From the NCBI RefSeq assembly GCF_009914755.1, contig NC_060947.1: a stretch of DNA of 64,000 bases. The stretch is one strand, 5' to 3'. Under the pieces are notes generated by a model, which searched no databases, was not told where the DNA came from, and saw nothing but the letters and a program-made list of their open reading frames with translations. The DNA comes from the human T2T-CHM13v2.0 reference genome, Homo sapiens. The position numbers were made by a program, and so were the translations under genes. Below, in pieces: positions 26,130 through 41,987 of the stretch (positions within the stretch are counted from its first letter, which is position 1; every line of letters begins with the position of its first letter).

Positions 26130-29100
26130 TGGGTGGAGGGGCCAATATAACCAACTAGAAACAGCTGCAGTCAGAGGCTCCCACCAAGAAGAATGAAAAC
26201 AGCAGGTGAATCCCGCACCAGCAACTAAGGTATCCAGGTTCTCTCATTGGGGCTGAGTAGTTGGTTGGTGCAACCCACAGAGAGTGAGGAAAAGTGGGGT
26301 GGACTGACAGCCTATCCAGTAGCTGCACAGGACAAGGAGAGCTCCCACCCCCAGCCAAGGGAGGCAGTGAGTGACTGTGCTACCCCGCCCAGGAAACCAC
26401 ACTTTTTCCACAGATCTGCGCAACCCATGGATCAGGAGATCCCTTCATGAGCACACGCCACCAGGGCCTTGGGTCCCATGCATAGAGCTGTGCAGATTCT
26501 TGGCAGCCACTCAGCTGGAGACTAAGACTACCAAGTTCCTGGGAAAGTGGTGGCTGCCATCACTTCAGCTGCCTATTGCCTAAGAGGACTGAGCTCCTTG
26601 CGGGAGGGGCGGCAGCCACCACTGCAACTCCAGTCTGCCATTTTCCCCTGCCAGTGCAGGGGAGACTGGGTGGTTTGTACCCAGGAGGAATTCCCCACAG
26701 CACAGTACAGCAGCTGTGGTACACTGTGACCAGACTGCCTTACTAGGCCAGACCTGGACCCATACCTCCTCACCAGGCAGGGGCTTCATGTGGGAATTTC
26801 AGCAACTCCAGCCAGGGGATTATGGATAGAACTCTGATCTCCCTGGGATGGAGCCCTGGGGGGGAGAGGAGTCTGCAGTATTTGTGGATCAGGTGACTTA
26901 GTCTTTTCCCTTGCTCGCTCTGAGGAGTCTGGGCAGTTTGAACAAGTGGGATTTCCCCCATTACAACACACCCCTCTGCCAAGGTGCAGACAGAGTGCTT
27001 TGTTAAGCAGGTCCCTGATCCCACGCCTTCTGACTGGGTGAGACCTCCCAAAGGGGGTCACCAGTCACCAGTCACAGGAGCATTCCCACTGGCATCAGGT
27101 TGGTGCCCCACTGGAACAGAGTTGCCCGAGGAAGGAGCAGGCTGTCAGCTTTGCTGTTCTGCAGCCTCCACTGGTGACACCTCCAGGTGTGGGAAGGACC
27201 CAGGTGAACAGGGTCTGGGGTAGGTTTCCAGCAAACCACAGCAGCCCTATGGAAGAGGGGCCAGACTTTTAAAAGTAAAACAAGCAGAAAGCAACAACAA
27301 CAACAGCATCGACAAAGTCCCCACAAAACCCCCATCCAAAGGTCAGTAGCCTCAAAGATTGAAACTAGGTGAACTCACAAAGATGAAAAAGAACCAACAA
27401 AAAAACTCTGAAAACTCAAAAAACCAAAGTGCCTCTTCTCCTCCAAATGATCACAACACCTCTCCAGCAAGGGCACAGAACTGGGCTGAGGCTGAGATGA
27501 ATGAAATGACAGAAGTAGGCTTCAGAAGATGAGTAATAACCAACTTCACTGAGCTAAAGGAGCGTGTTCTAACCCAATGCAAAGAAGCTAAGAACTATGA
27601 TAAAACATTACAGGAACTGTTAATTGGAATAACCAGGTTAGCAAGGAACACAAATGACCTGATGGAGCTGAAAAACACAACACGAGAACTTCGCAATACA
27701 GCCACAAGTATCAATAGCTGAATAGACAAAGTGGAGGAAAGAATTTCAGAGATTGAAGACTATCTTGCTGAAATAAGACAAGATTAGAGAAAAAAAGAAT
27801 GAAAAGGAATGAACAAAACCTCCGAGGACTATGGGATTAGGTAAAAAGACCAAAACTATGACTGATTGGGGTACCTGAAAGAGACAGGGAGAATGGAACC
27901 AAGTTGGAAAACATTCTTCAGGATATCATCCAAGAGAACTTCACCAGCCTATCAAGAGAGGCCAACATTCAAATTCAGGAAATCCAGATAACCCCAGTGA
28001 GGTACTCCATGAGAAGATCAACGCCAAGCATGTAATCATTAGATTCTCCAAGGTCGAAATGAAGGAAAAAATGTTAAGCGCAGCCAGAGAGAAAGGCAAG
28101 ATCACCTACAAAGGGAAGCCCTTCATACGAGCAGCAGACTTCTCAGCAGAAACCCTATAAGCCAGAAGAGATAAGGGGCCGGTATTCAACATTCTTAAAG
28201 AAAAGAATTCCCAACCCACAATGTTGTATCTGCCCAAACTAAGCTTCATAAGTAAAGAAGAAATAAAATCCTTTTCAGACAAGCAATTGCTGAGTGAATT
28301 CATAACCACCAGACCTGCCTTGAAGGTCTTCCTTCTGAAGGAAGCACTAAATATGGAAAGGAAAAATCATTACCAGCCACTGCAGAAACACACTGAAGTA
28401 CAAAAACCAATGACACTATGAAGAAACTACATCAACAAGTCTGCAAAACTACCAGCTAGCATCATGATGAAAAGATCAAATTCACACATAACAATGTTAA
28501 TCTTAAATGTAAATGGACTAAATGCCTCAATTAAAAGAATGGCAAGCTGGATAATGAATCAAGACTCATTGCTGTGCTGTATTCAAGAGACCCATCTAAC
28601 AGGCAAAAACACACATAGGCTCAAAATAAAAGGATAGAGGAAAATCTACCAAACAAATGGAAAGCATCAAAAAGCAGAGGTTGCAATCCTAGTGACTGAC
28701 AAAACAGACTTTATACCAATGCAGATCAAAAAAGACAAAGAAGGGCATTACATAATGGTAAAGGGTTCAATTCAACAAGAAGAGTTAACTATCCTAAGTA
28801 TATATGCAGCCAATACAGGAGCACCCAAATTCATAAAACAAGTTATTAGAGACCTACAAGGAGACTTAGATTCCCACACAATAATAGTGGGAGACTTTAA
28901 CACCCCACTGTCAACATTAGACAGATCATCAAGACACAAAATTAACAAAGATATTCAGGACTTGAACTCAGCTCTGGAGCAAGTAGACCTAGTAGATATC
29001 TACAGAATTCTCTACCCCAAAACAACAGAATATACATTCTTCTTGGCACCACGTGGCACTTAACTCTAAAATCAATCACATAATTGGAAGTAAATCGCTC

Positions 29101-32100
29101 CTCAGCAAATGCAAAAGAAAAGAAATCAAAACAAACAGTCTCTCAGACCACAGCACAATCAAATTAGAACCCAAAACCAAGAAACCCACTCAAAACCACA
29201 CAACTACATGGAAATTGAACAACCTGCTCCTAAATGACTCCTGGGTAAATAATGAAATTAAAGCAGAAATCAAGGAGTTCTTTGAAACCAATAAGAACAA
29301 AGAGACAATGTACCCAAATCTCTGGGACACAGTTAAGCAGTGGTAAGCAGGAAATTTATAGCCCAAATGCCCACATCGAAAGTCTAGAAAGTTCTCAGAT
29401 TGACATCCTAACATCACAACTAAAAGAACTAGAGGACCAAGAGCAAACAAACTCCAAAGCTAGCAGAAGACAAGAAATAACCAATATCTGAGTGGAACTT
29501 AAGGAGATAGAGGCTTGAAAAACCATTCCAAAATCAACAAATCCAGGAGCTAATTTTTTTTTGAAAAAATTAATAGAATAGATAGACCACTAGCTAGACT
29601 AATGAAGAAGAAAAGAGAAAAATCAAATAGACACAATAAAAAATTATAAAGTGGATATAACCACTGACCCCACAGAAATACAACCATCAGAAAATACTAT
29701 AAACACCTCTATGCAAATAAACTAGAAAATCTAGAAGAAATGGATATATTCTTTGACACATACACCCACCCAAGGCTGAACCAGGAAAAAGTTGAATCCC
29801 TAAATAGACCAATAACAAGGCCTGAAATTAAGGCAGTAATAAATAACCTATCAACGAAAAAGAGGCCAGGACCAGATGGATTTACAGCTGAATTCTACCA
29901 GAGGTATGAAGAGGAGCTGGTACCATTTCTTCTGAAACTATTCCAAACAATTAAAAAGGAATGACTCCTCCCTAACTCATTTTATGAGGACAGCATTATC
30001 CTGATACCAAAACAGCGCAGAAATATTTTTAAAAATTTTAGGCCAATATTCCTGATGTACATCTATGCAAAAATCCTCAATAGAATGCTGGCAAACTGAA
30101 TCCAGCTGCACATCAAAAAGCATAGCCACCATGATCAAGTCAGCTTCATTCCTGGTGTGCAAGGCTGGTTCAACATATGTAAATCAATAAGCGTAATCCA
30201 TCACATAAACAGAATTAAAGAAAAAAAACATTGTTACTCAAAAGCCACAGAATAGGTCTTCAATAAAACTCAACATCCCTTTATGTTAAAAACTCTCAAT
30301 AAACTAGGTATTGATGGAACATACCACAAAATAATAAGAGTGATTTATGACAAACCCACAGCCAATATCATACTGAATTGGTAAAAGCTGGAAGCATTCC
30401 CCTTGAAAAGTGGCAAAAAACAAGGAAGCCCTCTCTCACCACACTCATTCCTCAGACTGTTGGAAGTTCTGGCAAGTGCAATCAGGCAAGAGAAAGAAGT
30501 AAAGTGTATTCAAATAGGAAGAGAGAAAGTCAAACTCTGTTTGCAGATAACATGATCCTATATCTAGAAAACCCAATTGTCTCAGCCCAAAACCTTCTTA
30601 AGCTGATCAAGTTCAGCAAAGTCTCAGGATACAAAATCAACGTGCAAAAATCACAAGCATTCCTATGCACCAACAATAGACAAGCAGAGAGACAAATCAT
30701 GAATGAACTCCCATTCGCAATTGCTACAAAGAGAATAAAATATGTGGGAATATGGCTAACAAGGGAAGTGAAGGACTTCTTCAAGGAGAACTACAAACCA
30801 CTGCTCAAGGAAATCAGAGAGGACAGAAACAAATGGAAAAACATTTCATGCTCATAGATAGGAAGAATCAATATCATGAAAATGGCCATACTGCCCAAAG
30901 TAATTTATAGATTCAATGCTATTCACACCAAATTACATTGACATTCTTCACAGAATTAGAAAAAAAAACTACTTTAAAATTCATATGGAACCAAAAAAAA
31001 AAGCCTGTATAGCCAAGACAATCTTAAGCAAAGAAAAAAAAAAGAACAAACAAACAAACAAAAAAACAAAGCTGGAGACATCATGCTACCCAATTTCAAT
31101 CTATACTACAAGGCTACAGTAATCAAAACAGCATTGTATTGGTACAAAAACAGACACATAGACCAATGGAAAAGAACAGAGTTCTCAGAAATAAGATTGC
31201 ACATCTACAATCATCTGATCTTTCACAAACCTGGCAAAAGAAAGCAATTGGGAAAGATTCCCGATATAATAAATGGTGCTGGGAGAACCGGTAGCCATAT
31301 GCAGAAAGCTGAAACTGGACCATTCCTTACACCTTATACAAAAATTAACTCAAGATGGATTAAAGACTTAAATGTAAAACCCAAAACTATAAAAACCTTA
31401 GAAGAAACCCTAGACAATACGATTCAGGACATAGGCATGGGCAAAAATTTCATGACAAAACTTCAAAAGCAATTGTAACAAAAGCAAAAATTGACAAATG
31501 GAATCTAAGTAAACTAAAGAGCTTCTGCACAGCAAAAACAAAACAAAACAAAACAAACAAATAAACAAAAAACAAAAAAAAAACTATCATCAGAGTGAAC
31601 AGACAACCTACAATATTGGAGAAAATTTTTACAATCTATCCACCTGACAAACATCTAATATCCAGAATCTACAAGGAACTTAAACAAATTTACAAGAAAA
31701 AAACAACCCCATGAAAAAGTGGGCAAAGGACATGAACAGACACTTCTCAAAAGAAGACATTTATGTGGCCAACAAACATGAAAAAAAGGTCAATATCACT
31801 GATCATTAGAGAAATGAAAATCAAAGCCACAATGAGATACCATCTCACACCAGTCAGAATGGCAATTATTAAATTTATTAAAAAGTCAAGAAACAATAGA
31901 TGCTGGCAAGGCTGTGGAGAAATAGGAACACTTCTACACTGTTGGTGGGAATGTAAATTAGTTCAACCATTGTAGAAGACAGTATGGCAAGTCCTCAAAG
32001 ACCTAGAACCAGAAATACCACTTGACTGAGCAATCCCATTATTTATATTCCCAAAGGAATATAAGCCATTCTATTATAAAGACACATGCACGCTTATGTT

Positions 32101-32561
32101 CATTACAGCACTGTTCACAATATCAAAGACATAGAATCAACCCAAATGCCCATCAATGATAGACTGGATAAAGAAAATGTGGTACATGTACACCATGAAA
32201 CACTATGCAGCCATGAAAGGAAATTAGATCATGTCCTTTTCAGGGACATGGATGGAGCTAGAAGCCATTATTCTCAGGAAGCTAATGCAGGAACAGAAAA
32301 CCAAACACTTCATGTTCTCACTTATTAGTGAGAGCTGAATGGTGAGAACCCATTGACACGAGGAGGGAAACAACACTCACTGGGGCCTGTTGCAGGGGTG
32401 GGGAGAGAGCATAGGATAAATAGCTAATGCATACTGGGCTTAATACCTAGATGATAGGTTAATAGGTGCGGCCAACCACCATGGCACATGTTTATATATG
32501 TAGCAATCCCGCACATCCTGCACATGTACCCCGGAAGTTTAAATTAAATTAAATTATTTAA
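26130..32561 (+). mobile_element. Full-length L1 (about L1PA8A-L1PA11), inactive
   Basis: Long older-type 5'UTR, broken ORF1/ORF2 and 3'UTR; TSD aaaatca(g/t)ctactt at 26116-26129 and 32562-32575, at a canonical tt/aaaa site. Confidence 0.93.
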
Positions 32562-33403
32562 AAAATCATCTACTTCTCTGCTTCTCCACTGGGTACTCAC
32601 CCAAGATGTACCCCAGACCTCTGTCTCTGGCTGCTCAGCTGGGGAGGCTGCCAGACACCCTTGGTGGTTCTGCCTAGCAGTATACTTAGCAACATGTCAG
32701 AGGTAGAAGGACTGTTGAATTAGAGAGGAGGGAACAAAAAGAGCCCAGAGCAAATCTGGAGCCCATTTGAATAATCAATCACTAGCCAAACCTGAGCATT
32801 GGTGCTATTTATTTGGGAATCTTTAAGTTGTAATAATGACATGTTTATTCATGGCTCAACTTTTTTCTAGATCAGATATTTCAAAGAATGCACACACACA
32901 TGCACACACAGACAGTCACACACATATGTTTTCCTGCTTTTCCTGTATAGGATACCTGAAATAAAGCATAAAGAAGAGCATTTCAGAGTTAAGGGGTAAG
33001 AGAGGAGCCAAGGAAAGAGATAAGCAGAAAAGACAGAATGAAATAAATATCAATGCAAGGGTTACTGTAGTCTGGATTTACCTAGGACATTCTCATTTTA
33101 TGCCTGCTATAGACCAATTAATAACTGTTAATAACTATATAAACTCAAAATTTATTCTGATTTAGAAGGAAATTATATGGTCATTCTATAAAGTCCATTA
33201 TTTTAAAGAGAAATACTTTCCATTTTTATAGCTTCTTATAATTTTCATTAGACTTTGTCATGCATAATCTTTATTAATATTTACAACAACTTTGTGGGGT
33301 AATAGTAGGTGCTATTATGCTTTTTTAACAGATGAAAAAACTAAAGCTAAAGTACGTTACTTTTCCTGAAGCTAATAAACAGCATAACTGAGATTCCTAT
33401 TTT

Positions 33404-33566
33404 TTAGTCGTGTGTTTTCCCAACTATACTGCTGTGCTGTCCCCATTCATTCTCAAGACATGTGTTCAACTCTAACATCCCCAGTAATCAGCATAAAGTT
33501 CCCAGGTCTGATAATGTACAATGCTTAGCAAAATGATTCTTGACCTACAGACAATGTTCATACAAC
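33404..33566 (-). pseudogene. Candidate last exon of the decayed Mab-21/cGLR-like gene
   Basis: Strong acceptor ttttttttcttcacttctcacag|; phase 2 continues (R)LYEHCL*VKNHFAKHCTLSDLGTLC*LLGMLELNTCLENEW; 3' limit uncertain. Confidence 0.5.
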
Positions 33567-33639
33567 CTGTGAGAAGTGAAGAAAAAAAATCCTCTGTAGG
33601 TTAAAACGATGAGAAAGTATAGGGTTAGTAGAGTCATAC

Positions 33640-33744
33640 CTTATACAGTGGTAACTCCAATCAGAGGCAGCCAAATCTTTTATATCAAAGTTGGTGCTTA
33701 AATATTTGGCCTGGCATGGTTTATTAACTGTGTCCAAGTAGACT
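33640..33744 (-). pseudogene. Candidate coding exon (105 nt, phase 2-2)
   Basis: ttttattttaccaag| ... ag|gtatga; open frame VYLDTVNKPCQAKYLSTNFDIKDLAASDWSYHCI; 73-nt intron to the next exon. Confidence 0.6.
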
Positions 33745-34384
33745 CTTGGTAAAATAAAAAGTGTAAGAAGTGTGGTATCATGGCTGGTGTCTTCCATGCT
33801 AATGCCCTGCCAAACACATATTGTCTCTGGACCCTCACTCAGCTCATGTTGCCCACTGCCCTCTAGATGCCCAACCTACCTCTGCAGTAAATGACCAGGA
33901 TCTACAATGTCCTCTCACTAAAGCCTTAATTTTCAATGGCAGCAAGTTAAAGCTACATAGTAGACGAAAGGGACCTGATTATCTAATTCAAGTTACTCAC
34001 TCTGAGTGGAGGAATATCAGTTTGAGACTTCCCCCATCCAGTGGTATTTGTATATGAAGAAGACACAGGAGATTTTCTAGTATCCCCTTCAGATTCCAGT
34101 TACAATCCATCTCATCTGACTGTTTGCTAAGAAGGAAACAATAGTCCAGTACATTCGTCAGTAAACCTGGAAACCAAGCCTGCCAAAGCACAAGGACGGG
34201 AAAAGATGAGGTCACAGCAGTATTGACCAATCCCCGTGCACCAAAAATGTCTCATTCTTTTAAGAAGGGGGGTCTTACGGCTTGTGCAATCAGTACAAGG
34301 TTAGAAAACAGCAACTGCCAGTTCTGTTTATGGATCTACTATGTTTAGTCTATATTGCCATAGACAAGTTTTTATACTTGATTT

Positions 34385-34660
34385 GTATTCATTTATTCAT
34401 TCAACAAATACTAGGTGCCTACTATGTATAAATTCATGTGGAAGGTGCAGGTGTTACAGCAATGAACAAGACATGGTTTCTGCTCTCAATAAGCTCATAG
34501 TTTGTTCGAGAAAGACAACAGGTAAAATAATTATAACACAATGTAATTAGTGCTATTCATTTATTTGTTCAACAAACATTTATTGAGCACCTTATAAAAT
34601 GTATATGACAAATACTTCACTAGGCACTGCACATATATTGGTAAGCAAAAAAGATAAGAG
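34385..34660 (-). mobile_element. Two tandem L2 3'-end fragments
   Basis: attcatttattcattcaacaaatac... and attcatttatttgttcaacaaacatttattgagcacc... Confidence 0.65.
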
Positions 34661-35255
34661 ACATCTTCCATATATATGTTCCCCCAGCACCTTACATCCA
34701 ACACTCTGTCCAGCACAAAGACAGGTCTTGGCAAAATAAATAAATAAACTTTCAGGGCATAATTCACCATTAAGGTTTTTACAACATTTTTTTCCTAAGT
34801 ATTAGTAAACTCCCTTTAAAGGAAATCTTGCCTGAAAGCCTAATATATCAAATAAATGAAAGGTGGGGGAAGGTAAAAACTGACATCTAAAAATTAAAAG
34901 AAAGAGCAGTCTTCTGCTTGAACTTGTACTGTGAGCCCAAGAACTCTGCTCTAGCATCCTATTTAACAGCCCCCCAATCCCCCCACCAAAATTCTCTTCT
35001 ACCTCAAAGCAGTCCATGAGGCATTTCAGGAATATGAAGAAACCAATGAATTAGCTTGCTTCCCATATTATGGTTCTCAACCCAATAGTAAAAGAATCAT
35101 CTGAAGAGTCTGTTAAATGAATCTATTACCGACATATTGAATCAAACTCTTTGGGGGTGGGACCCAGGAATATGTGTTTTAACAATTCCTTCCAAGTGAT
35201 TCTGATACCAATTTTAGTTTGAAGACAGTATGGAAGAAGCTTTCTCCATAAAATT

Positions 35256-35600
35256 GTGTATTCATTTCCTGTCACTGCACAATCAATTGCCACTTAGTTT
35301 GTTATGAGTGGCTTAAAACAACACCTATCTACAGAGCTCACAGTTCTGTAGGTCAGAAGTCCAGGCACAGTGTGGCTGGGTTCACTGCTCAAGGTCTCCC
35401 AAGGTCAAAATCCAGGTGTCAGCTGGGCTTCATTCTAATTTGGACCTCAGGATCCTCTTCCAAGTCGGTGTGGTTGTGCCAGAATTCACTTCATTATGAT
35501 TGTAGAACTGAGGTTCTTATTTTCTTGTGGGCTATTGGTCTAGGACTGCTCTTACCACTGGCACTCCTTGCCATACGGCCCCTCCATGTATAGTAGTTAG
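35256..35600 (-). mobile_element. MLT1-family LTR fragment
   Basis: ggcttaaaacaac...ctcacagttctgtaggtcagaagtcc. Confidence 0.65.
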
Positions 35601-35625
35601 GATTCTGACTACCATAAAAGGCATC

Positions 35626-37932
35626 TGTATCAGTTTTTTGGAAATGATAAATAAAGAAAAGAGGTTTAATTGGCTAACAGTTTTGCAGGCTGTATAGGAA
35701 GCATAGCTGGGGAGGCCTCAGGAAACTTACAATCAAGGCAGAAGGTGAAGGGGAAGCAGGCACATCTTATATGGCTGGATCAAGAGGAAGAAGGTGAAGG
35801 GGGAAGTGCTACACACTTTTGAACAACCATATCTCATGAGAACTCACCCACTATCATGAGAACAGCATGGGGGAAATCCACCTTCATGATCCAATCACCT
35901 CCCACCTCCAACATTGGGGTTTATAATTCAATATGAGATTTGGGTTGGGATGCAAATCCAAACCATATTATTCTGCTCCTGGCCTCTCCCAAAATCTCAT
36001 GTCCTTCTCACATTGCAAAGTACAATCATCCCTTCTCAACAGTCCCCCAAGTCTTATTTCAGCATTAACTCAAAACTTCACAGTCCAAAGACTAATCTGA
36101 GACAATGCAAGTCCTTTCCACCTATGAGCCTATAAAATAAAAAACAAGTTAGTTACTTCCAAGATACAATAGGGGTACATGCATTGGGTAAACACACCCT
36201 TTCAAAAAGGGAGAAATCAGCCAAAAGAGAGGGGCTGCAGGCCCCATGTAAGTCCAAATGACAACAGGGCAGTCATTAAATCATAAAGCTCCAAAATAAT
36301 CTCCTTCGACTCCATGTCTCACATCTAGGCCACAGTGATGCAAGCGGTGGGCTCCCAAGGCCTTGGGCAGCTCTGCCCCTGTGGCTCTGCAGGGCTCATC
36401 TCCAATGGCTGCTCTCAAGGGCTGGTGTTGAGTGCCTGTGTCTTTCCAGGCATACAGTGCAAACTGCCAGTGGATCTAGTGTTCATGGTGGCCCTCTTCT
36501 CACAGCTCCACTAGGCAGTCCCCCAGTGGGGACTCTGTGTTGGGGTTCCTACCCCATATTTCCCCTCCACACTGCTCTAGTAGAGGTTCCCTATGATAGT
36601 TCTGCCCTGCAGCAGACTTCTGCCTGGACATCCAGGCGTTTCCATACATCCTCTGAAATCTATGCAGAGGCTCCCAGGCATCAACTCCTGCACTCTGTGC
36701 ACCTGCAGGCTTAACACTACGTGGAAGCTGCCAAGGCTTACAGTTTTTACCCTCTGAGACAGTGACCCTTTTTAGCCACAGCCGAAGCTGGAGCTGCCAA
36801 GATTCAGGGCACCATGTCCTGAAGCTGCACAGAGCAGCGGGGGACCTGGGCCTGGCTCACAAAACCATTCTTTCCTCCTAGGCCTCAGGGCCTCTGATGG
36901 GAGGGGCTGTCATGAAGATCTCTGAAATGCCTTCAGAGCCTTTTCCCCATTGTCTTGGCTATTAGTACTTCCCTTCTTTTTAGTTATGTGACTTTCTGCA
37001 GCCTGCTTCAATTCCTCTCCTGAAAATTGGTTTTTATTTTCTACCACATGGTGAGGCTGCAAATTCTCCAAACTTTTATGTTCTGCTTCCCTTTTAAATA
37101 TAAGTTCCAGTTTCAGGTCATTTATTTGTTCATGCATATGGGCATAGGCTTTTAGAAGCAGCCAGGCCATACCTTGAACACTGCTGCTTAGAAATTTCTT
37201 CCACCAGATACCTAAATCATCTTTCTCAAGTTCAAAGTTCCACAAATCCCCAGAGCAGGGACACAATGCTGCCAGGTTCTTTGCTAATGCATAACAAAAG
37301 TGATCTTTTCTCCAGTTCCCAATAACTTCCTCATTTCCATCTGAGACCTCCTCAGCCTAGCCATCTCTGTCCATATTACTATCAGCATTTTGGTCAAAAC
37401 TATTCAACAACTCTCTAGGAAGTTCCAAACTTTCCCTCATCTTCCTGTCATCTTCTGAGCCCTCCAATCTGTTCCAACTTCTGCTTGCTACCCAGATCCA
37501 AAGCTTTGTAGGTATCTTTATAACAATAACACTCTTGGTACCAATTTTCTGTATTAGCCGATTCTTGCACTGCTATGAAGAACTACCTGAGACTGGGTAA
37601 TTTATAAAGAAAAGAGGTTTAATTGACTCATGGTTCCACAGACAGTACAGGAGACATGGCTGTGAAGACATCTAGAAACTTATAATCATGGCAGAAGGCT
37701 AAAATGAACAAGCATGTTTTACGTGGCTCAAGCATGAGGAAGAGGGTAAAGGAGGAGGTGCTACACACTTTTAAACAACCAGATCTCATGAGAACTCACT
37801 CACTATTATGAGAACAGCAAGGGGGAAATCCACCCCCAAGATCCAATCACCTCTGACCAGGCACCTCCACCAACATTGGGGATTACAATTTTACATGGGA
37901 TTTGGGCAGGGACACAAATTCAGATCATATCA
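35626..37932 (-). mobile_element. Full MST/THE1D-type MaLR element (LTR 35626-35970, internal, LTR 37550-37932)
   Basis: Two related LTRs flank a 1.6-kb MaLR internal sequence; ORF remnant DLWNFELEKDDLG...FKREAEHKSLENLQP. Confidence 0.9.
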
Positions 37933-39720
<1,788 letters not shown>

Positions 39721-39923
39721 ATTAATGATATACTCCAAGGACTCAAAAACTAATGTGCCTGGTGCATTATAAATGCTCAATAAATATTTTTACTTTAATA
39801 TAAATCTCTCAGTAATTTTCAATGGTTCATTAGGTTAAACTTTATAGTAATCTGGAACTTTGGATTTTGCCTGTAGACCCAGAGTCTGTTGCACCTATGA
39901 GTGATATCTATCCCAGCATCTAC

Positions 39924-40066
39924 CTGAAAGCCAGAAGCTGTTTGGTTTCCGTTCCTGAATTAGGCCCCAGGCAGAACTTGAGATATTGTTCCTTGTGTTT
40001 TGACAAACAATGCTTTATATATGAGGTCACAAGATCCAAATTTTTTATTGTACTGTTCTTGAAGCT
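39924..40066 (-). pseudogene. Candidate coding exon (143 nt, phase 0-2)
   Basis: ctccacctatctgcag| ... cag|gtagat; open frame SFKNSTIKNLDLVTSYIKHCLSKHKEQYLKFCLGPNSGTETKQLLAF(R) joins in frame to the 33744 exon. Confidence 0.6.
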
Positions 40067-40669
40067 CTGCAGATAGGTGGAGACTGACTGAGACCCATGG
40101 CTCACCTCTTCCTCAGGAACCATTCAGTTAAGGCTTTTTGGGGTCAGCCTTATTAATTCACATGGAGAAACAGTGTCTTTCCCAATCAAGCAGCGCCACT
40201 CTCCCTGGCTGATCAACATGCCATGCTGTGACATGAAGCTTGTATAACCTTCATATGGTCTCACTTTGCAGAGTTTAGAAAGTGCAGTTTAAAGTGAGTT
40301 CAAAGAACAGGAATCAGAGAATGTGCAACTGTCTGAGTTGGAATATGCATTTTAGATGGAGTTCATCTAGCAGGGGATTGTTGGTGTGTGTGAGAGAGGG
40401 CCGAAAGCAAAGATAAATGAGAGAAGTGGGAGCCATAAGCACACATTCTAAAAGGCCAGCATACAGGGCAAGTGAGGAGTAAGAGAGTAAGAGCATAAAG
40501 GAGCTGGATGCTATGAGGAGATCTAGTAAAAAGTGGCAGAGCAGGCCTTTGAGCCCTGGTCTGTTGGAGTCCCGAAACACACACTCTTCATCTCTAGAAT
40601 GCTGAAAGTGCAATCTAAAGACCTGCTGCTTCACAAGCTCTAGGAAGCTTGTTAAAATGCAGATTTCTA

Positions 40670-41862
40670 TGTTTTTGGAAGTATTTATGGTAAGCTTTCT
40701 TAAAAATTATTAGGGTACATATTTCTGACATCTAGCATACTTTTTTTTAAGCTTTGTCATTTCTATTATGATTTTTCATGGTGAAATTTTGGTACTGAGA
40801 TGGGCATTCTCTGTACCTTTATAGTACTACTCCAAAGGCAAAGAGCCATGATTGACAACAGTCAAGCTGTGGATGAAATGACCGGGAACAGAGAATGAAG
40901 TATGTAAATCCCAGCTTCATACGACCTCTTCTCATATTGCTTTTCTGATTAAAATGGCTGTTTACCTGGTCTCTGAATGTTAATGCCTGACTAATTTAAT
41001 TAAGTCATTGCCCAAATCGGTTTTCCCTTTGCCCCATCAATATGTTCTCTTGCATATATTGGCATGCTGCCATATAAAGTAAAAATATTGGAGATATTCT
41101 ATATTTTATGTGTAGGTTTAGGTATTGTTGGGGATGTTTTTGTTGTGCTCTTTTGGACATATAAACAATTCTCTGTTGAGGCTACAACCTTTTTCTTCTT
41201 CTTCTTTTCTTTTTTATTTTAGAGGATGGCATCTCACTCTGTTGCCCAGGCCAGAATGTAGTGGCTCAGTCGTAGCTCACTGCAGCTTCAAACTCCTGGG
41301 CTCAGGCAATTCTCCTGCCTCAGCCTCTTGAGTATCTAGGATTATGGGCATACTCTACCACACCTGGCTAATTTCATTTTTATTTTTTGTAGAGATGAGG
41401 TCTCACTATGCTGCCTAGGCTGGTCTTGAATTCCTAGGCCAAGAGATCCTCCTCCCTTGGCCTCCCAAACTGCTGGGATCACTACACCTGGCCAGGGCTA
41501 CATTCTTAACTCAACTAGATTGTTTACTAAATCCCATATGACAGTGGTACATTGTCCTTACATATTTTTAGACATTGCAAAGTTATTAAAAACAGTTACT
41601 ATAGTTTTTACACAATGTAGGCAACAATGTAAAAGATGAGAATAGGCTGTAAGATTTTCATGGATGACTCATAAATCTGGGAGAAAAAAGAAAATTGTTA
41701 AGACTAATGAGAAACTGAAAACCTTAAACTAATGAATATTACCATTTATGCTGCTAAAAATATGAAACTTTCTGGTCTGTAGTTGAAATTTATATGATCC
41801 TCTACACTTGGGCATACTTTTCATCTGGTGCCATTAAACCATCTTTAATATTGATCCTAAAA
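40670..41862 (+). pseudogene. 5'-truncated retrocopy of an mRNA 3'UTR (source not identified)
   Basis: TSD aaaatgcaga(t/g)ttcta at 40654-40669 and 41863-41878; attaaa at 41833-41838 about 20 nt before a short A tract; non-repeat UTR-like sequence. Confidence 0.75.
41190..41493 (-). mobile_element. AluJ inside the retrocopy
   Basis: J-type diagnostics (gctcactgcagcttcaaactcctgggctcagg); small deletion near the Alu 5' end. Confidence 0.9.
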
Positions 41863-41878
41863 AAAATGCAGAGTTCTA

Positions 41879-41987
41879 ACTAGATCATGGTAATGGTTGC
41901 ACAACTCCACAAATTTACTAAAACAGGTATATACTTAAAAATAGGCGAATTTTATGGTAAGCTGATTATACCTCAATAAATTTGTTT
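41879..41987 (+). mobile_element. Short L1M 3'-terminal stub
   Basis: atggttgcacaactcc...ttatacctcaataaa, followed by a third copy of aaaatgcagatttc (41988-42001). Confidence 0.7.

Noticed and set aside
31025-31585. A-rich tracts inside L1 ORF2
   Set aside because: No flanking duplication; consistent with ordinary slippage of A runs.
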